A DNA stretch of 64,000 nt. Origin: Eledone cirrhosa (lineage: Eukaryota). The stretch is from the NCBI GenBank assembly GCA_964016885.1, contig OZ024742.1, forward strand, positions 288,796,001-288,860,000, written 5' to 3'. A program made the translations under genes and the position numbers. Shown piece by piece: positions 13,200-30,998 of this stretch (the stretch's first letter is position 1; every line of letters starts with the position of its first letter). The notes beneath the pieces are model-generated. The model did not search any database, was not told the DNA's origin, and worked only from the letters and a program-made list of their open reading frames with translations.

Positions 13200-14170
13200 C
13201 ACCTTAGCTGAGGAGTGAAAACACACCTCTAACAGTCAGCAGTCTGTTAGTGTCACCTTAGATGAGCAGTGAAAACATACTTCTAACAGTCAGCAGTTTG
13301 TTACTGTCACATTAGATGAGCAGTTAAAACATACCTCTAACAGTCAGCAGTTTGTTATTGTCACCTTAGATGAGCAGTTAAAACATACCTCTAACAGTCA
13401 GCAGTTTGTTATTGTCACCTTTGATGAGCAGTTAAAACATACCTCTAGCTGTCAGCAGTTTGTTATTGTCACCTTAGATGAGCAGTTAAAACATACCTCT
13501 AACAGTCAGCAGTTTGTTATTGTCACCTTAGATGAGCAGTGAAAACATACCTCTAGCTGTCAGCAGTTTGTTATTGTCACCTTAGATGAGCAGTTAAAAC
13601 ATACCTCTAACAGTCAGCAGTTTGTTACTGTCACCTTAGATGAGCAGTGAAAACATACCTCTAACAGTCAGCAGTTTGTTATTGTCACCTTAGATGAGCA
13701 GTGAAAACATACCTCTAGCAGTCAGCAGTTTGTTATTGTCACCTTAGATGAGCAGTGAAAACATACCTCTAGCAGTCAGCAGTTTGTTATTGTCACCTTA
13801 GATGAGCAGTGAAAACATACCTCTAGCAGTCAGCAGTTTGTTATTGTCACCTTAGATGAGCAGTGAAAACATACCTCTAGCAGTCAGCAGTTTGTTATTG
13901 TCACCTTAGATGAGCAGTGAAAACATACCTCTAGCAGTCAGCAGTTTGTTACTGTCACTGTAGCCAAGCAATGAAAACTCACCTCTGGCCCTCAGCAGTT
14001 AGTGTCAGCTGAGCAGCAAAAACTCACCTCTGGCCCTCAATAATTTGTTACTCATTGTCACTATAACTGAGTAGTGAAAACACACATCTGGCCCTCAATA
14101 ATCTGTTACTCGTTGTCACCATAACTGAGTAGTGAAAACACACCTCTGGCCCTCAGCAGTCTGTTAGTCA
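13200..14170. repeat. 54-bp tandem minisatellite (~14 units plus degenerate units)
   Basis: Unit CACCTTAGATGAGCAGT(G/T)AAAACATACCTCTA(G/A)CAGTCAGCAGTTTGTTATTGT. Confidence 0.95.
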
Positions 14171-14499
14171 GTATTTTCCAGATGCCAAGACTGGTTTTAA
14201 AACCCAGCTTGTTTTTGCCATGACCCTGTAATTTTACAGTGGCTCCAAGATTGTTGAAGGAAGGTATCCTCAAACTGGAGACCTGGCCTTAATGGTACAA
14301 TAGACTTGATTTTGGTAAAGGTACTGATGAATCAAGTTGGGGGTTTTAAAGCAGGAGACAGTTGAAGTCTTCCACCCTTCTTCTTCTTATCCTCCACCTC
14401 TTTCTTCTTCTTTGTCCACTTATTCCTGGAAGGGTCATAGGGGCAGAGTCCTCAGACACTCCTTTCAACAGGTGCTGTCAGAAGCAACCATCCCATTTG

Positions 14500-15130
14500 G
14501 TCTAGCTAGATCCCTAAGTGAGACCAGCCAAGCTCATTGATGTTATCCAACCATCTTGCTCGGGGTCTACTCCCAAGTCTCTTGCCAGTTGGGTTAGCCC
14601 ATAAAATCTGTCCAGTGATTCTTTCCTGAGATATTCTAACCACATGCATGTAGTATTGGAGCTGCAATTTCTAAATTTGGAAAGATAGCAGCTCTACCTG
14701 GAACAACTTTGATCTCCGAGTTACACAATCTATTGAGTAATGTTACTCCAAACTTTGGAGGAATCCCATTTCGGCCGCTTGTATTCACGATCATATTCTT
14801 TTGGTCATTATTCAAGATTCATGACAATAGGTAAGGGTTGGCACAAATACTGAATTGAAGATAGTGAGTTTGGCTTTTACATTTACATCCCTTTTTCTGA
14901 TTACTGAATGTTGAAGCTGGCAGATTACTACACCAGCTCCTGCAATTCTTGCACTTAATTTAGCCTCCTGCCTTCCAACATTCATGAACCTGGCACCAAG
15001 ATACTTGTACTTCTCCACCTGCTTCAGTGATACTCCATTCACATGTAGAGTGCACTACACAGGCTTCCTTGAGAGGATGAGTGTCTCAGTCTTCGCTGCA
15101 CTGATTTTTTTCCTGCCATGCAGCACTTGG
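14500..15130 (-). mobile_element. Old RTE LINE C-terminal fragment
   Basis: LKQVEKYKYLG...ARIAGA...KLTIFNSVFVPTLTY..ES; a matching plus-strand piece lies at ~47445-47592. Confidence 0.8.
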
Positions 15131-15477
15131 TATCAAACCTATCAAGTACATGTCAGAGATCACCCAAAGAAGGAAAATGAAATGGAATGACACTCCATCT
15201 GTTTCAATGTTGAGTATTCCATCAATGAATTAGCTTGCTCATGAAACTAATGTGAAAGTGGCTGAGCATTCCACAAGCAAACACACACACAATGTAGTTC
15301 AAGGAGATTCAACTGATCCTTTGAATTATAGGTACTACCAAATTTAATATTATAGTGTAACTAGCTGATTATTTCAGTAATTCTGCAGACTATTTTCAGG
15401 GTGAATTACTGTGACACAGAGAGTGACAAGGTTGTCCCTTTGAATTATAGGTACTGTCCATCTGGTAGTTTTCATCT

Positions 15478-15824
15478 ACTCATGGGGCATGAATAATCAC
15501 ACCCCTTCTGCTTATTAGTTTTTCAGATTTTTTTCCACCACCCCTTCCCCTTGCTTATTTTATTTTGCTAATCTACCTCCAGCAAAATTTTATTTTAAGC
15601 GGTAGAATTCCTGCGACAATTTATTTTCTTTATACATTAAAAAACATAATACATGACAAAAAAAGACATTACTAGAAGTCCCATATGTTATAAAATAAAT
15701 AGGGTGGGTTGGGGTCTCAATATGTAAACTAAATGACTAATTCTGGTTTCTAAAATAAATCAAGGGAGACAACCTAGAAAAATTACCGATTTTCCACCCC
15801 TCTATTATTTAGGACCTGAGAGTA
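15478..15824. mobile_element. Tc1/pogo-like MITE, diverged
   Basis: Imperfect TIRs TACTCATGG..GAATAATCACACCCC / CCCCTCTATTATTTAGGACCTGAGAGTA; a second partial copy lies at 46179-46380. Confidence 0.5.
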
Positions 15825-17242
15825 CCCAATTTTACTCATAAGGCTTAGGTTAATCCATGACTATGGTAAATAATAGTTGCCCAAAATGCCACACATTGGG
15901 ATCAAACCTGGGACCTTATGATTTCTAAGTGAACCTCTTAACCATCCGAGCATGCTGTGACAACTCCACCCAAAGAACAAAGGACACAAATAACTGGATT
16001 AAATACTGCAAGGTATCAAATCTGACACTTTAAAAATTCTACCAATCCACCACCCTAGATTGGTACTTTATTTGATCAACCCTTGAAATAATGATTTCGA
16101 CTTTAGGCACAAGACCAATCATTTGGAAAAAAGGGAAAATTGGTTATATCCACCCCAGTACTTGATTGGTACATGATTTCATTTGACCCCCAAAATAATG
16201 GTTTCTGATTTAGGCACAAGGCCAACAATTTTGGGGAGAGAGGAATATCGATTAAATTGGTACTTTATTTTATCAACCCCCGTAAGGATGAAAGACAAAG
16301 CTAACCATGGCAGGATTTGAACTCAGAACGTTGTCCGACATTCTACCAATACTGTTGATCACTCCTACCTGTGAATATTTGGCAATAAAGACTGAAGCAC
16401 ATTAATGTTTAGAATTTAGCAGTTGGAGCTGCAGATATTGACAGACAATAAAAGGTTCATTAATACAGTGAGCAGCTGTTTGTTTGTCAATGGAGATAGC
16501 TAAAACAGTTTACAGCTGGTGTATATCACAGGCACTACTTAGTCCTGCCAGCTGATTGTGACCTTATCTGACCTTATAACTATCAGAATGATTGATGAAA
16601 ATTACTACAGATGAAATCTTTATTCATTTTGTATAGATATAAGGTGAATACAGCATGAAGTTTGTTTCATAATCATAATGTTCAAAAGCAGACCAACTGT
16701 GGTGCTCTGATTCCAGCTGACCTACCTCAAGTGTGATCATCACCAGAATCTTTAGTTATACAGAGATAAACTGAACAGTGGTAACAGTGCAACATGTCCA
16801 GTGGAGAGAGTGCAACATGTCGAGACTCTTAAATTGTACTCTATATGATCACTCCAGCATGTTGGCAATATATAATATGGGTCACAGCTAGTCGAAGACA
16901 GAATAATTGGGATAAGATTTGTGTGGTGTCTGGTCATTTCAACTACCACTATCACCACAGTAAAGGAGGTCAGCTGGACTTAAACATTCTGATAAAAACA
17001 ACTATAACAGGCTGACCTGTCTCTGAAGAATTTCTATAGACTTTCCACCGGGGAGTGGTCTGACAACTGACCAATGGGGTACGAGCGTGTCCTCTGACGC
17101 TGAAATTCGTTTGTTCTAGCTCATATGATTCCAGTTCCTCGTAGGACTAACAACACACCCAGGAGCTAGACATATCGATGAATTGACAGAGTGGAACACA
17201 TTTCAACACCATGTTTACCTGTTCTTTCTACATTAATTTGTA

Positions 17243-17295
17243 CTGCCTGAAGAGGTCACAGCCAATAATAGCTGTCACTGAAATATATATAGCAG
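17243..17295 (+). ncRNA. Type I hammerhead ribozyme
   Basis: CTGC-CTGAAGA-GGTcACAGC..GCTGTcACT-GAAA-TATATA-TA-GCAG. Confidence 0.8.
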
Positions 17296-17452
17296 AGAAT
17301 TAATAAACGGAGCCAAATTTAACATGTTGGACTTACTTATTTTACATTACTTTGGAGTAAACAAACCAACCTGTGTACTTCGTCGAGTGGTCCAACCTGC
17401 ATACTGAGGTGTCGGTAAACAACCAACACATACTCAAAATATATATATATAT

Positions 17453-18160
17453 AGTAAAAGAATGAGGGTTTATTTACAGTATTAACAATTGTTTCATTAA
17501 TCGGGTGAGTCTAAAAGTTGCTGAATGCTAGAAATTACGTCACTCGACCGTCTTTCTCTTGGAAAACTCCACCTGGATAAAAAGATCTCCACACTCTCCG
17601 TTCTAATGACTCTGCCAAGGTGACAGACCTCATAGGACTATACATACTCCAAAAACTCACTGAAAAGTCTCCTGCTTTCGGAGGTGGTTTGTACAGAGAT
17701 GATGGGCTTGTTACTCTCACAGGGCACAACCCCAGAATCACGGACCGGGTCCGTAAATACTTCATTAAATTCTTCCGAGATTTGGGTTTCAAAATCACCC
17801 TACAGACTTCCCTTACCTGCATCAACTTTTTGGATGTAACACTAAATCTGGAGAACAATTTGTACTACTCCTACAGGAAACCAAACAAGAACGTACACTA
17901 TATCCCCCGCTATTCCAACCATCCAAGGAATATTACCAATAATTTAGTAAAAAATATCTGCCTCCGTATATCACGCTTGTCCGCAAATGAGCAGATCTTC
18001 AATGAACACGCGCCTTATTACAACCAGGCCCTCAAAAGAAGCGGCTTCAAGGAGGACCTTTCCTATTATCCAGGTCCAACGAGCGAATATAGCAGGCGCC
18101 GCCGCCGCTCACACCGCGTAATGTGGTTCAGTCCACCAATTGGGAAAAATTGAACAAAAA
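17453..18160 (+). mobile_element. Penelope-like (Naiad-type) RT fragment
   Basis: DSAKVTDLIGLYIL, GLYRDDGL, NFLDVTLNL, SNHP, WFSPP; paralogous to 34656-36239. Confidence 0.9.
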
Positions 18161-18186
18161 GGTGATGTGGTTGCCTAAACACTGTA

Positions 18187-18780
18187 CGGCGTAATTCGGG
18201 CTGTTTGTTTGTTTACAAACGAACAAACCGAGCATTATAATAAATGTTCGGTAAACCGATACGTGCATATATATGTGTGCATGTATGTATATATATAGAT
18301 ACTACTGTACGTCTGTATACATATATGTATGTACGTATACATACATACTTATATTTAAGTAACAGCCGTACTGAGAGTGAGAAATGAAATTTCGTTTCAT
18401 TTTTTCCGTTTATCGTTCTCGGTACCCCGGCCGATTAACTTACTCGATATGTAAATTAGGCTGCTCAGCCGTTAATATGCATAAGGAAAGTATATACTTT
18501 CAGACGTTCAATTATCTGGCAGGAAGGTATACGTTGTTGACGATAACTAATAAGCTTGAAACTAGTACAGCGTTCCTTTGTCAGTGTTGAACAAACGAGC
18601 AACGATGGTTGCTAGACACTCCGGCTTAATACGGGATGTTTGTTTACAAACACACCGAGCATTATAATAAATGTTCGGTGAATCCATACGTACATATATA
18701 TATGTGTGCATGTAAGTATATCTATATATATACATACTACTGTACGTCTGTATACATATATATATGTACGTGTACAAACT
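18187..18780. repeat. ~160-bp imperfect direct repeat at ~435-bp spacing
   Basis: ACCGAGCATTATAATAAATGTTCGGT...ATACTACTGTACGTCTGTATACAT at ~18187-18340 and ~18622-18775. Confidence 0.8.
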
Positions 18781-18787
18781 TATACAT

Positions 18788-18820
<33 letters not shown>

Positions 18821-18823
18821 AAC

Positions 18824-18912
<89 letters not shown>

Positions 18913-19008
18913 GTTTCTATATATATGTTTATATATATATATATATATATGTTTATATATATATATATATATATATGTTTATATATATGTTTATATATAT
19001 ATATGTTT

Positions 19009-19043
<35 letters not shown>

Positions 19044-21110
19044 TTTACGTCCACTTTTCCCTGCTTGCAAGGGTGGGATGGGTCTTATTCAGCACAGCAT
19101 CTCTCCACTCGTCACGGTCCTTCGTCATCTCCACCGTGAGCTTCAATGATCTGAGGTCTGTTCTCACCACCTCCGCCCATGTTTTTCGTGGTCTACCTCT
19201 ACCACGTCTTCCTTCAACTGGCATTTCCTGGCACTTCTTCACCCATCGGTCATTCTCCATGCGCATCACATGTCCATACCACCTCAGTCTCCTCTCCCGT
19301 ACACTATTTTCTATCCCTCTCATACACAGTTTCTCTCTCAACACATTTATGCTGGGTCGTTCACGCAAATTTACACTGCACATCCAACGGAGCATGCTTG
19401 CCTCATTTCTCTCCAGCCGTCGCATATCCTCTGCAGTTGCTGCCCATGTCTCACTACCATGCAGCATCGCACTCCTCACACAGGCATCATACAACCGGCC
19501 TTTCGTACGCAGGGAGAAACCCTTCTTCGTCAACAGAGGAAGCAGCTCCCTAAACTTCTTCCAACCCGTCTTTATTCTAGATACTATGGCTCGGAACACC
19601 CTCCTCCCATGCTAATCTGATCTCCTAGGTACCGGAAGCTATCCACCACTACTATAGCGCCCTCCTGCATTTGAAAAATGTGTCTATCAATGCGACTTCT
19701 ACTGTCTAATTCCCCTGTACATCTACTGCATACATATTTCTCCCTACCTGTTAGTTTGCCTGCTATCCCGCTACATCTCTTGTGTACCCAGGATCTGCAT
19801 TGTGTGCATTTTATAGAATTTATGCCAGTTCCTTTTCTGCATATCGAACATGGCCATTTCCCTGATGGAATCAGGGTTTTGTCCTCTTTTCTACTCATCA
19901 ACACTTTTGTCTTAGCTAGATTCACTCTCAGTCCTCTGGCTTCCAACTGCTGTTTCCATAGCCAGAATTTATTCTCTAGCTCCTCTACTGATTCTGCTAT
20001 AAGAACCAGATCGTCAGCATAGAGAAGTTCCCATGGACAGCCAGTCTTAAACTCCTCTGTTATGGCTTGGAGGACTATAATGAACAAGAGCGGGCTGAGG
20101 ACCGAACCCTGATGTACTCCTACTTGTATCTGGAATTCCTCACTAAACTCCATTCCGACCCTGACTTTACTGAGAGTACCTCTGTACAAAGTTTGCACTG
20201 TCCTCACAAGCCATTCCTCAACACCTAGCTTCCTTAGGGACCACCAGATGACAGATCGGGGTACCCTATCAAAGGCCTTCTCTAGGTCAACAAAGGCTAA
20301 GTATAGTGGCTTATTCTTCTCTAAGAACCTCTCTTGCAATTGTCTCACCAAGAAGAGGGCATCTGTTGTACTCTTCTCAGGCACAAAACCAAACTGCATC
20401 TCATCTAGTTTGACCCTTTCTCTAATTAGTTGTGCTAAAATCCTTTCTGCCAATTTCATAACCTGATCTATCAGTTTTATACCCCTATAATTGCTCCTCT
20501 CCAAAGCATCCCCTTTACCTTTGTAGCAATTTATGATAATACTGCTGCACCAGTCTTTGTAGCAATTTATGATAATACTGCTGCACCACCATATATAGCC
20601 TGATTGATGATGCCTGCAACCAGTTTAGTGCCTACGTCCCCTGATGCCTTCAGCATCTCAGCAACTATTCCCGATGGTCCGGCAGCCTTACCATTTTTCA
20701 TTTCCCTAATCGCCTCTTGGACCCTATATCGTCAATCTCAATAGCTGGTCCCTCTGTCGGATCTACCAAGGGTAATTTCTCTCTCTCTCATTTGTTCTCC
20801 ACATTCATCAGTCTCTCATAATGACATTTCCAGGCCCCCTTTTTCTGATCATTCGTGACACTAAGTACACCGACATCATCCCGGACACATTTATCTCAAA
20901 CATCCTGATTTGCATTGACACACTGCCTTGCAATGTGGAACACCGCACGCCTCTGATCTTCCCGTCGCAGAACATTAGCAAACCTCCTACTCTCTGCCTC
21001 CCTGCGTGCTAAGTACACCTGACGCCTAGCTTCTCTCTTAGTGGCTGTATATTCTTCCCTACTCCCACCCTTTTTCCAAGCCTTCCATGCTAGTCTTTTG
21101 TCTCTAATGT
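19009..21110 (-). mobile_element. RTE-B LINE, truncated and frameshifted
   Basis: [36 protein letters not shown]-like insert; very short 3' end and (GAT)n tail; internal duplication at ~20520-20590. Confidence 0.95.
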
Positions 21111-22764
21111 CCTTCCTAACACCAACCACATTTACAGTGTGGAACTGGGAGGTTTTTACCGTGTTACCTACACGGCCACATCACAGCGTGGACTGTGTGT
21201 TTTTTTGTCGTAACACCTACACGACCTCATTTGTTTCGGGCTGGATGTTGTGACACCAACATAACTTTACATTGAAAGGTGTGGTGTGGATGGGTTGGGG
21301 GTAGTGGGACGGGGGTGTATTTTGTTAGAGGTGCCTACTGACTGTAGTAGGTTTCACTTTGTACTTAGGTAAGGCGGGTCTTCTCTATTACTGTGTAGCG
21401 CCAAAGCTCTCAGTCCAGTGACATTGTCTTGGAGAGGTGTAAATGTGTGAGGTTGGAATTTATCAAGTCGTCCCAGGTTTTTCTGGGTCTGCCTACTCCG
21501 TGGCTACCGTCTATTTTTATTGCCCTGCACTTTTTTATACAGCTGTCGTCTTTCATGCGCATCACGTGACCATACCAACGTAGTCTTCTCTCGAGTAAAC
21601 AAAATCTGATCTCTCTTATTTCTAATTTCTCCCTTAGTTCGTTTATGCTTTGCCGTTCACGTATATTACTATTACACATCCAGCGGAGCATGCAAGCATC
21701 CTTTCTCTCCAGTCTGCGTATATCCTCTGCACACAATGCCCAGGTCTCACTGCCATGTAACATTGCTGTTCGTATGCAGGCATCATACAGCCTGCCTTTC
21801 ATTTTTAGAGAGAACTCTTTAGCGGCCAATAGTGGTATAAGCTCTCTGAACTTTTTCCATCCCGTTCTGACTCTAGCTACTGTACTTTCAGAGCACCCTC
21901 CCCCACTGCTGATTTTATCACCCAGGTAACGGAAGCTGTCCACTATTTCTATAGAACCATCTGTGCAATGGAATGAGTTAGTATTCTGTGGGCACTTGCT
22001 GCTACTTATTGCACCAGAGCACCGGCCACATATAAAATCTATATTCTTAGTTAGCTTACTTGTGATCCCACTACATCTTTTATGTACCCATACTTTGCAT
22101 TTGGGACATAAAATGGAGTTTCTACCTACTCCTTTCCTACATGGCCATTTCCCAGATGGGACCGGTGCCCTATTTTCCTTCCTACAAACTAGAACTTTAG
22201 TCTTAGACAAGTTAACTTTAACGCCTTTTGATTCTAGGCCATGCTTCCATGTTTGGAATTTCTTCTCTAGTTCAGCCATTGATTCAGCTATGAGCGTTAA
22301 ATCATCTACATATAGGAGTTCCCATGGGCAACCGATCTTGAACTCCTCTGTTATAGCCTGAAGGGCAATAATAAATAGTAGGGGGCTAAGGACGGAGCCC
22401 TGATGAACACCAACTTTTACACTAAACTCTTCACTATATTCGTTGTTAATTCTAACCTTGCTGACTGTTTCTTTATACGTGGCTTGTATAGCTCTCACAA
22501 GCCATTCATCAACACCTAGTTTTCTAAGAGCCCACCAGATAATGGAACGGGGGACTCTGTCAAAGGCTTTCTCCAAGTCGACAAAAGCTAAGTAGAGGGG
22601 TTTACTTTTAGCTAGGTACTTCTCCTGTAGTTGTCGTACAATGAAAAGAGCGTCTGTTGTACTTTTACCTGAGACAAACCCGAACTGCATTTCGTCTAGA
22701 TCAATTCGCTCTCTGATTAGTTGCGCTATTACTTTTTCTGTGACCTTCATGACCTGGTCAATTA

Positions 22765-22766
<2 letters not shown>
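21111..22766 (-). mobile_element. RTE-A LINE, 5'-truncated, 3' tip missing
   Basis: ORF 21410-22750 is highly similar to 51206-54300; YVDD variant, premature stop. Confidence 0.95.
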
Positions 22767-22801
<35 letters not shown>

Positions 22802-23371
22802 TATATATATATGTTTATATATATATATATATATGTTTATATATATATATGTTTATATATATATATATGTTTATATATATATATGTTTATATATATATAT
22901 GTTTATATTTATATATATGTTTATATATATATATATGTGTTTATCTATATGTTTATATATATATATATAAGTTTATATATATATGTTTATATATATAAAC
23001 AAATTTATATATTTATATATATATATATGTTTATATATATATATATGTTTATATATATATGTTTATATATATATGTTTATATATATATATATGTTTATAT
23101 ATCTATATGTTTATATATATATGTTTATATATATATATGTTTATATATATATATGTTTATATATATATATGTTATATATATATATATGTTTATATATATA
23201 TGTTTATATATATATATATATGTTTATATATATATATATTTATATATATATATATATGTTTATATATATATATATATATATATGTGTTTATCTATATGTT
23301 TATATATATATATGTTTATATATATATATGTTTATATATATATATATGTTTATATATATATGTTTATATAT

Positions 23372-25160
23372 TAATGAAAAAGAACAAAGGAACTATTATG
23401 ACATTATAACAAGTTTATAGCCGACAGCCGTTTCGTCCGACCATATGGCGGGACTTTTCAAGGCATATAACATGTGATTGTAAGTTCATTATTTACATCA
23501 ACGTATCACTTAAGACTAGCAGTTTGAAATTGTGGTATACATCAGCAGCTCCGCTTGTATATTTGGGGTCTATATTCTAAGGGGGCTCCTTTATATTAGT
23601 TGTCGGAATTGTAAAAGGGAGTTAAGAGAATTTGAAAATGTCCTGAGAGTCAGGGATTGAAGGTTAAAAATTAAATAATTTATAATTTACGTATTAAAAG
23701 TAAAAGACTTGGGATCTCGTAGAAGCACCCTAAAAAATCCCTCAATAAGTGCATAAAGCTTACAAGCCCCAATAAATTTAACAAACTAAAAAGAGACTGA
23801 GACTAATAAAATAAAATAAAATAAAATAAAAAAATAAGGATATAAAGTTTCCCTAAAAACTATAAAGTTTCCCAAGAAGTTCCCCCGAGAGAAAAAAATT
23901 TCTTTCGAAAGAAAAAAACCTTCTTCCCCAGAGATCTCATTAAAAATGTTTCGAAAATTTACGAAGTTTTGATAATCCCTACTAAGTTGAAAGAAACTAA
24001 TCAATTAAAGGTTAATTCAAAAAGCCTTCAATAAACCCCCCAGAAGAGGTCCCTTTAATATTTTTAATAGGAACCTCCTCCGAGAGACACTTCGAAGAAT
24101 TAAAATTTTAGAGAGCCTTTAAGGATATGTATAAACGAATTGGGGAAAATTATAAATTAAAAGTTAAAAATTACGGTATTTGGGATATCCGAGGAATTTT
24201 CAAAGGGCTGGTTCAACAGATATAACTTAGGTATAATAGATAAAATAATTTAAGTAATTTAAGTAATTTAATTAGGGAGCAATTCAAAGAGCTTATCAAG
24301 TTGGGCAAGATTAAAGAGAATTATAAGTAAGAAAATACATAAGCAAAAAGGCAATAATTATAAAATGTATTTTTAAAAAACAATAATTATAAAATGTATT
24401 TTTAAGAAGGTATAAGGTAGCTTCAGTAATCTAATAATGTACTATCAAAAAATTATTATAAAATTATCACAAAATTATTATAAAATTATTATAAAATTAT
24501 TATAAAATTATTACAAAATTATCATGAAACTATTGATACAGGATTAAAAAATTACTATAAAATTATTGATACAGGATTAACAAAGACATAATAATATATT
24601 CCTGCCTAATTAACAAAAAATCAATAAACAATTAACAGTTAAGCAAAATTAGCTCAGGGATATCCCGCTCTCGGATACTTTACACCCATACAGCATCACA
24701 TATGACTAACAAAGACATAATGGTATACTCCTGCGTAATTAACAAACAATCAATTAACCATTGATAGTCAAGAAAATGTACTCAGGGATATCCCACGCAC
24801 GGATACTTTACACACATACAGCAGGATAAATAATACAGGTGACCTTGTGGTCGCGATATCCATTATGCGTATGTAGTCATCTGCATAGCTCCAGGCACAT
24901 TTGGTCTTGTTTAAAAGTTCAGAGTTCACGAATCAACTGGGATTCACTATCAGCTGCGTGGACTCTCTGGGAAATGTACCTGTGGATCAAATAGCTAGTG
25001 GTTGCTGGGTGTGGTCCGTTCGATCTTTTAGTTTCGGGGATTGCACGGTGCCGGTTCCAAATCCAAGGTCTCGCTGCATAGGATGTATTGGTTTACATGC
25101 TATATTGGTAAAAAAACCAGTGTGGATTTGACTAGGGTGGTATACTATATGGTGGTATAT
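23372..25160 (-). mobile_element. PLE 3' fragment (GIY-YIG remnant, long AT-rich UTR, pLTR with hammerhead)
   Basis: Diverged reverse complement of 41780-43382; flanked by (TA)n. Confidence 0.75.
23415..23470 (-). ncRNA. Hammerhead ribozyme, U3:A8 core variant
   Basis: GCC-TTGAAAA-GTCC..GGAC-GAAAC-GGCT-GTC-GGC. Confidence 0.8.
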
Positions 25161-25190
25161 TATAAATATATATATATAATATTTATATAT

Positions 25191-26424
25191 AAGTTCTAGT
25201 TTGTAGGAAAGAAAATAAGGCGGCGGTCCCTTCTGGGAAATGGCCATGCTCAGTGTGTAGGAAAGGCGTAGGTAGAAACTCCATTTTATGTCCCAAATGC
25301 AAAGTATGGGTGCATAAAAGATGTAGTGGGATCACAGGTAAGCTAACTAAGAACATAGATTTTACATGTGGCCGGTGCTCTGGTGCAATAAGTAGCAGCA
25401 AGTGCCCACAAAATACTAGCTCTTACAACTGCGCAGAGGGCTCTATAGAAATAGTGGACAGCTTCCGTTACCTGGGTGACAAAATCAGCAGTGGGGGAGG
25501 GTGCTCAGAAAGTACAGTAGCTAGAGTCAGAACTGGATGGAAAAGGTTCAGAACGCTTATACCACTATTAGCTGCTAAAGGGTTCTCCCTAAAAATGAAA
25601 GGCAGGTTGTATGATGCCTGCATACGAACAGCAATGTTGCATGGCAGTGAGACCTGGGCATTGTGTGCAGAGGATATACGCAGACTAGAGAGGAACGAAG
25701 CTTGCATGCTCCGCTGGATGTGTAACAGTAATATACGTGAACGGCAAAGCATAAACGAACTAAGGAAAAAATTAGAAATAAGAGGGATCAGATGTTGTTT
25801 ACGCGAGAGAAGGCTACGTTGGTATGGACACGTGATGCGCATGAAAGTCGATAGCTGTATAACAAAGTGCAGGGCAATAAAGATAGACGGTAGCCACGGA
25901 ATAGGCAGACCTAGAAAAACCTGGGACGAGCTGATAAACTCCGACCTCACACACTTACACCTCTCCAAGACAATGTCACTGGACCGAGACCTTTGGCGGT
26001 ACTCAGTAACAGAGAAGACCCGCCTTACCTAAATACATAGTAAAACCTACTACAGCCAGTAGGCATCTCTAACAAAATACACCCCGTCCCACCACCCCAA
26101 CCCCATCCACACCACCCCCTTCTAGGTAAAGTTATGTCGGTGCCACGCCATCCAGGCCGAAACAAATGAGATCGTGTAGGTGTCACGACAAAAAAACACA
26201 CAGTCCACGCTGTAATGTAGCCGTGTAGGCAACACGGTAAAAGCCTCCCAGACCCACACTGTAAATGTGGTTGGTGTTAGGAAGGGCATCCAACTGTAGA
26301 AAACCTGCCAGACAGTCCTATGCGAGCAAGACAATCACTCTTGCCTCAAGTGGGAATACCCCCGTCCAAACCCATGCAAGCGTGGAACACGGACATTAAA
26401 CGTTGATTATGATGATGATGATGA

Positions 26425-26425
<1 letters not shown>
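25191..26425 (+). mobile_element. RTE-A LINE, 5'-truncated
   Basis: ORF 25253-26032 (PHD-like + C-terminus), 3' UTR, (GAT)n tail. Confidence 0.95.
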
Positions 26426-26477
<52 letters not shown>

Positions 26478-26510
26478 TTATATATATATATATTTATATA
26501 TATATATATT

Positions 26511-26547
<37 letters not shown>

Positions 26548-26613
26548 ATTTATATATATATATATTTATATATATATATATATGTAAAAGTTCTATTTAA
26601 ATTGTTGGGATAC

Positions 26614-26663
<50 letters not shown>

Positions 26664-26674
26664 TTATATATATA

Positions 26675-30093
<3,419 letters not shown>

Positions 30094-30147
30094 ACATATA
30101 TTTATATATATATATATGTAAAAGTTCTATTTAAATTGTTGGGATAC

Positions 30148-30277
<130 letters not shown>

Positions 30278-30408
30278 GTGAGGTTTTTTTTACAAAATGA
30301 AAAATAACCGAGGTGTCCTACACGAGTGGAAGTATAAAGAAAAAGGGATGAAATCGAAAATGCAACTGAAGTCTTATTTTTAAAAAAAATATATATATTT
30401 ATTTGGTT

Positions 30409-30446
30409 CCTTTACCGGTTTCGCAGTTCTTCTGCTTTTCAAAAGG
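30409..30446 (-). ncRNA. Minimal hammerhead, U3:A8 variant
   Basis: CCTT-TTGAAAA-GCAG AAGAA CTGC-GAAAC-CG-GTA-AAGG. Confidence 0.8.
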
Positions 30447-30963
30447 TGAGTTGAGATGGAGGGTCTGTGGTTTTTCTCACATCTGGTTGGTCTCTAAATG
30501 TTACTTGTTTTATATGGAAAAACTGGCTCGAAAACCAGGTTTTTCGAGAAGTAATTTGATTGGTTTGTCAATAATTATAATAAATTTCGCGCCAGTTCGC
30601 GTTACAATAGTTCTTCAAATAAGAGAGGGGGGGGGGGGGGGTGTCACAGGTTGTTTTTTCATATATGAGTGTTTGAATTTCTTTTTACTTGAAAAAATGA
30701 GCCTCACGAAGGCTTTTTTTTGGTTGGTTGTAAATGAAATTTGGCTGTCATGTGAACAAGTTTTCATTACATTTTTGCGCCCTTATTTGGAAAACTATTC
30801 TGTAGTCTTTATAGTGAATGTTATGACAATGGAGATATAGTGGTCAAGGGAAAAGGGATTGGGAGAAATGTTCTGGTTCAGTGAATATGGCCAGCTGTCA
30901 GAGTTCAGGTGTCAGAGTTCAGATTTTCTATTGAGACTGAAGATATGTGTTTATTTGTGTGCT

Positions 30964-30998
<35 letters not shown>

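Noticed and set aside
13200-13960. 54-bp array as CRISPR or tandem hammerhead (GATGAG..GAAA)
   Set aside because: No spacers; lacks CUGA and has no room for stem II.
16700-17110. Possible host exons on the minus strand
   Set aside because: Splice-like signals are present, but there is no recognisable protein and the frame is incompatible with the 45191 candidate exon.
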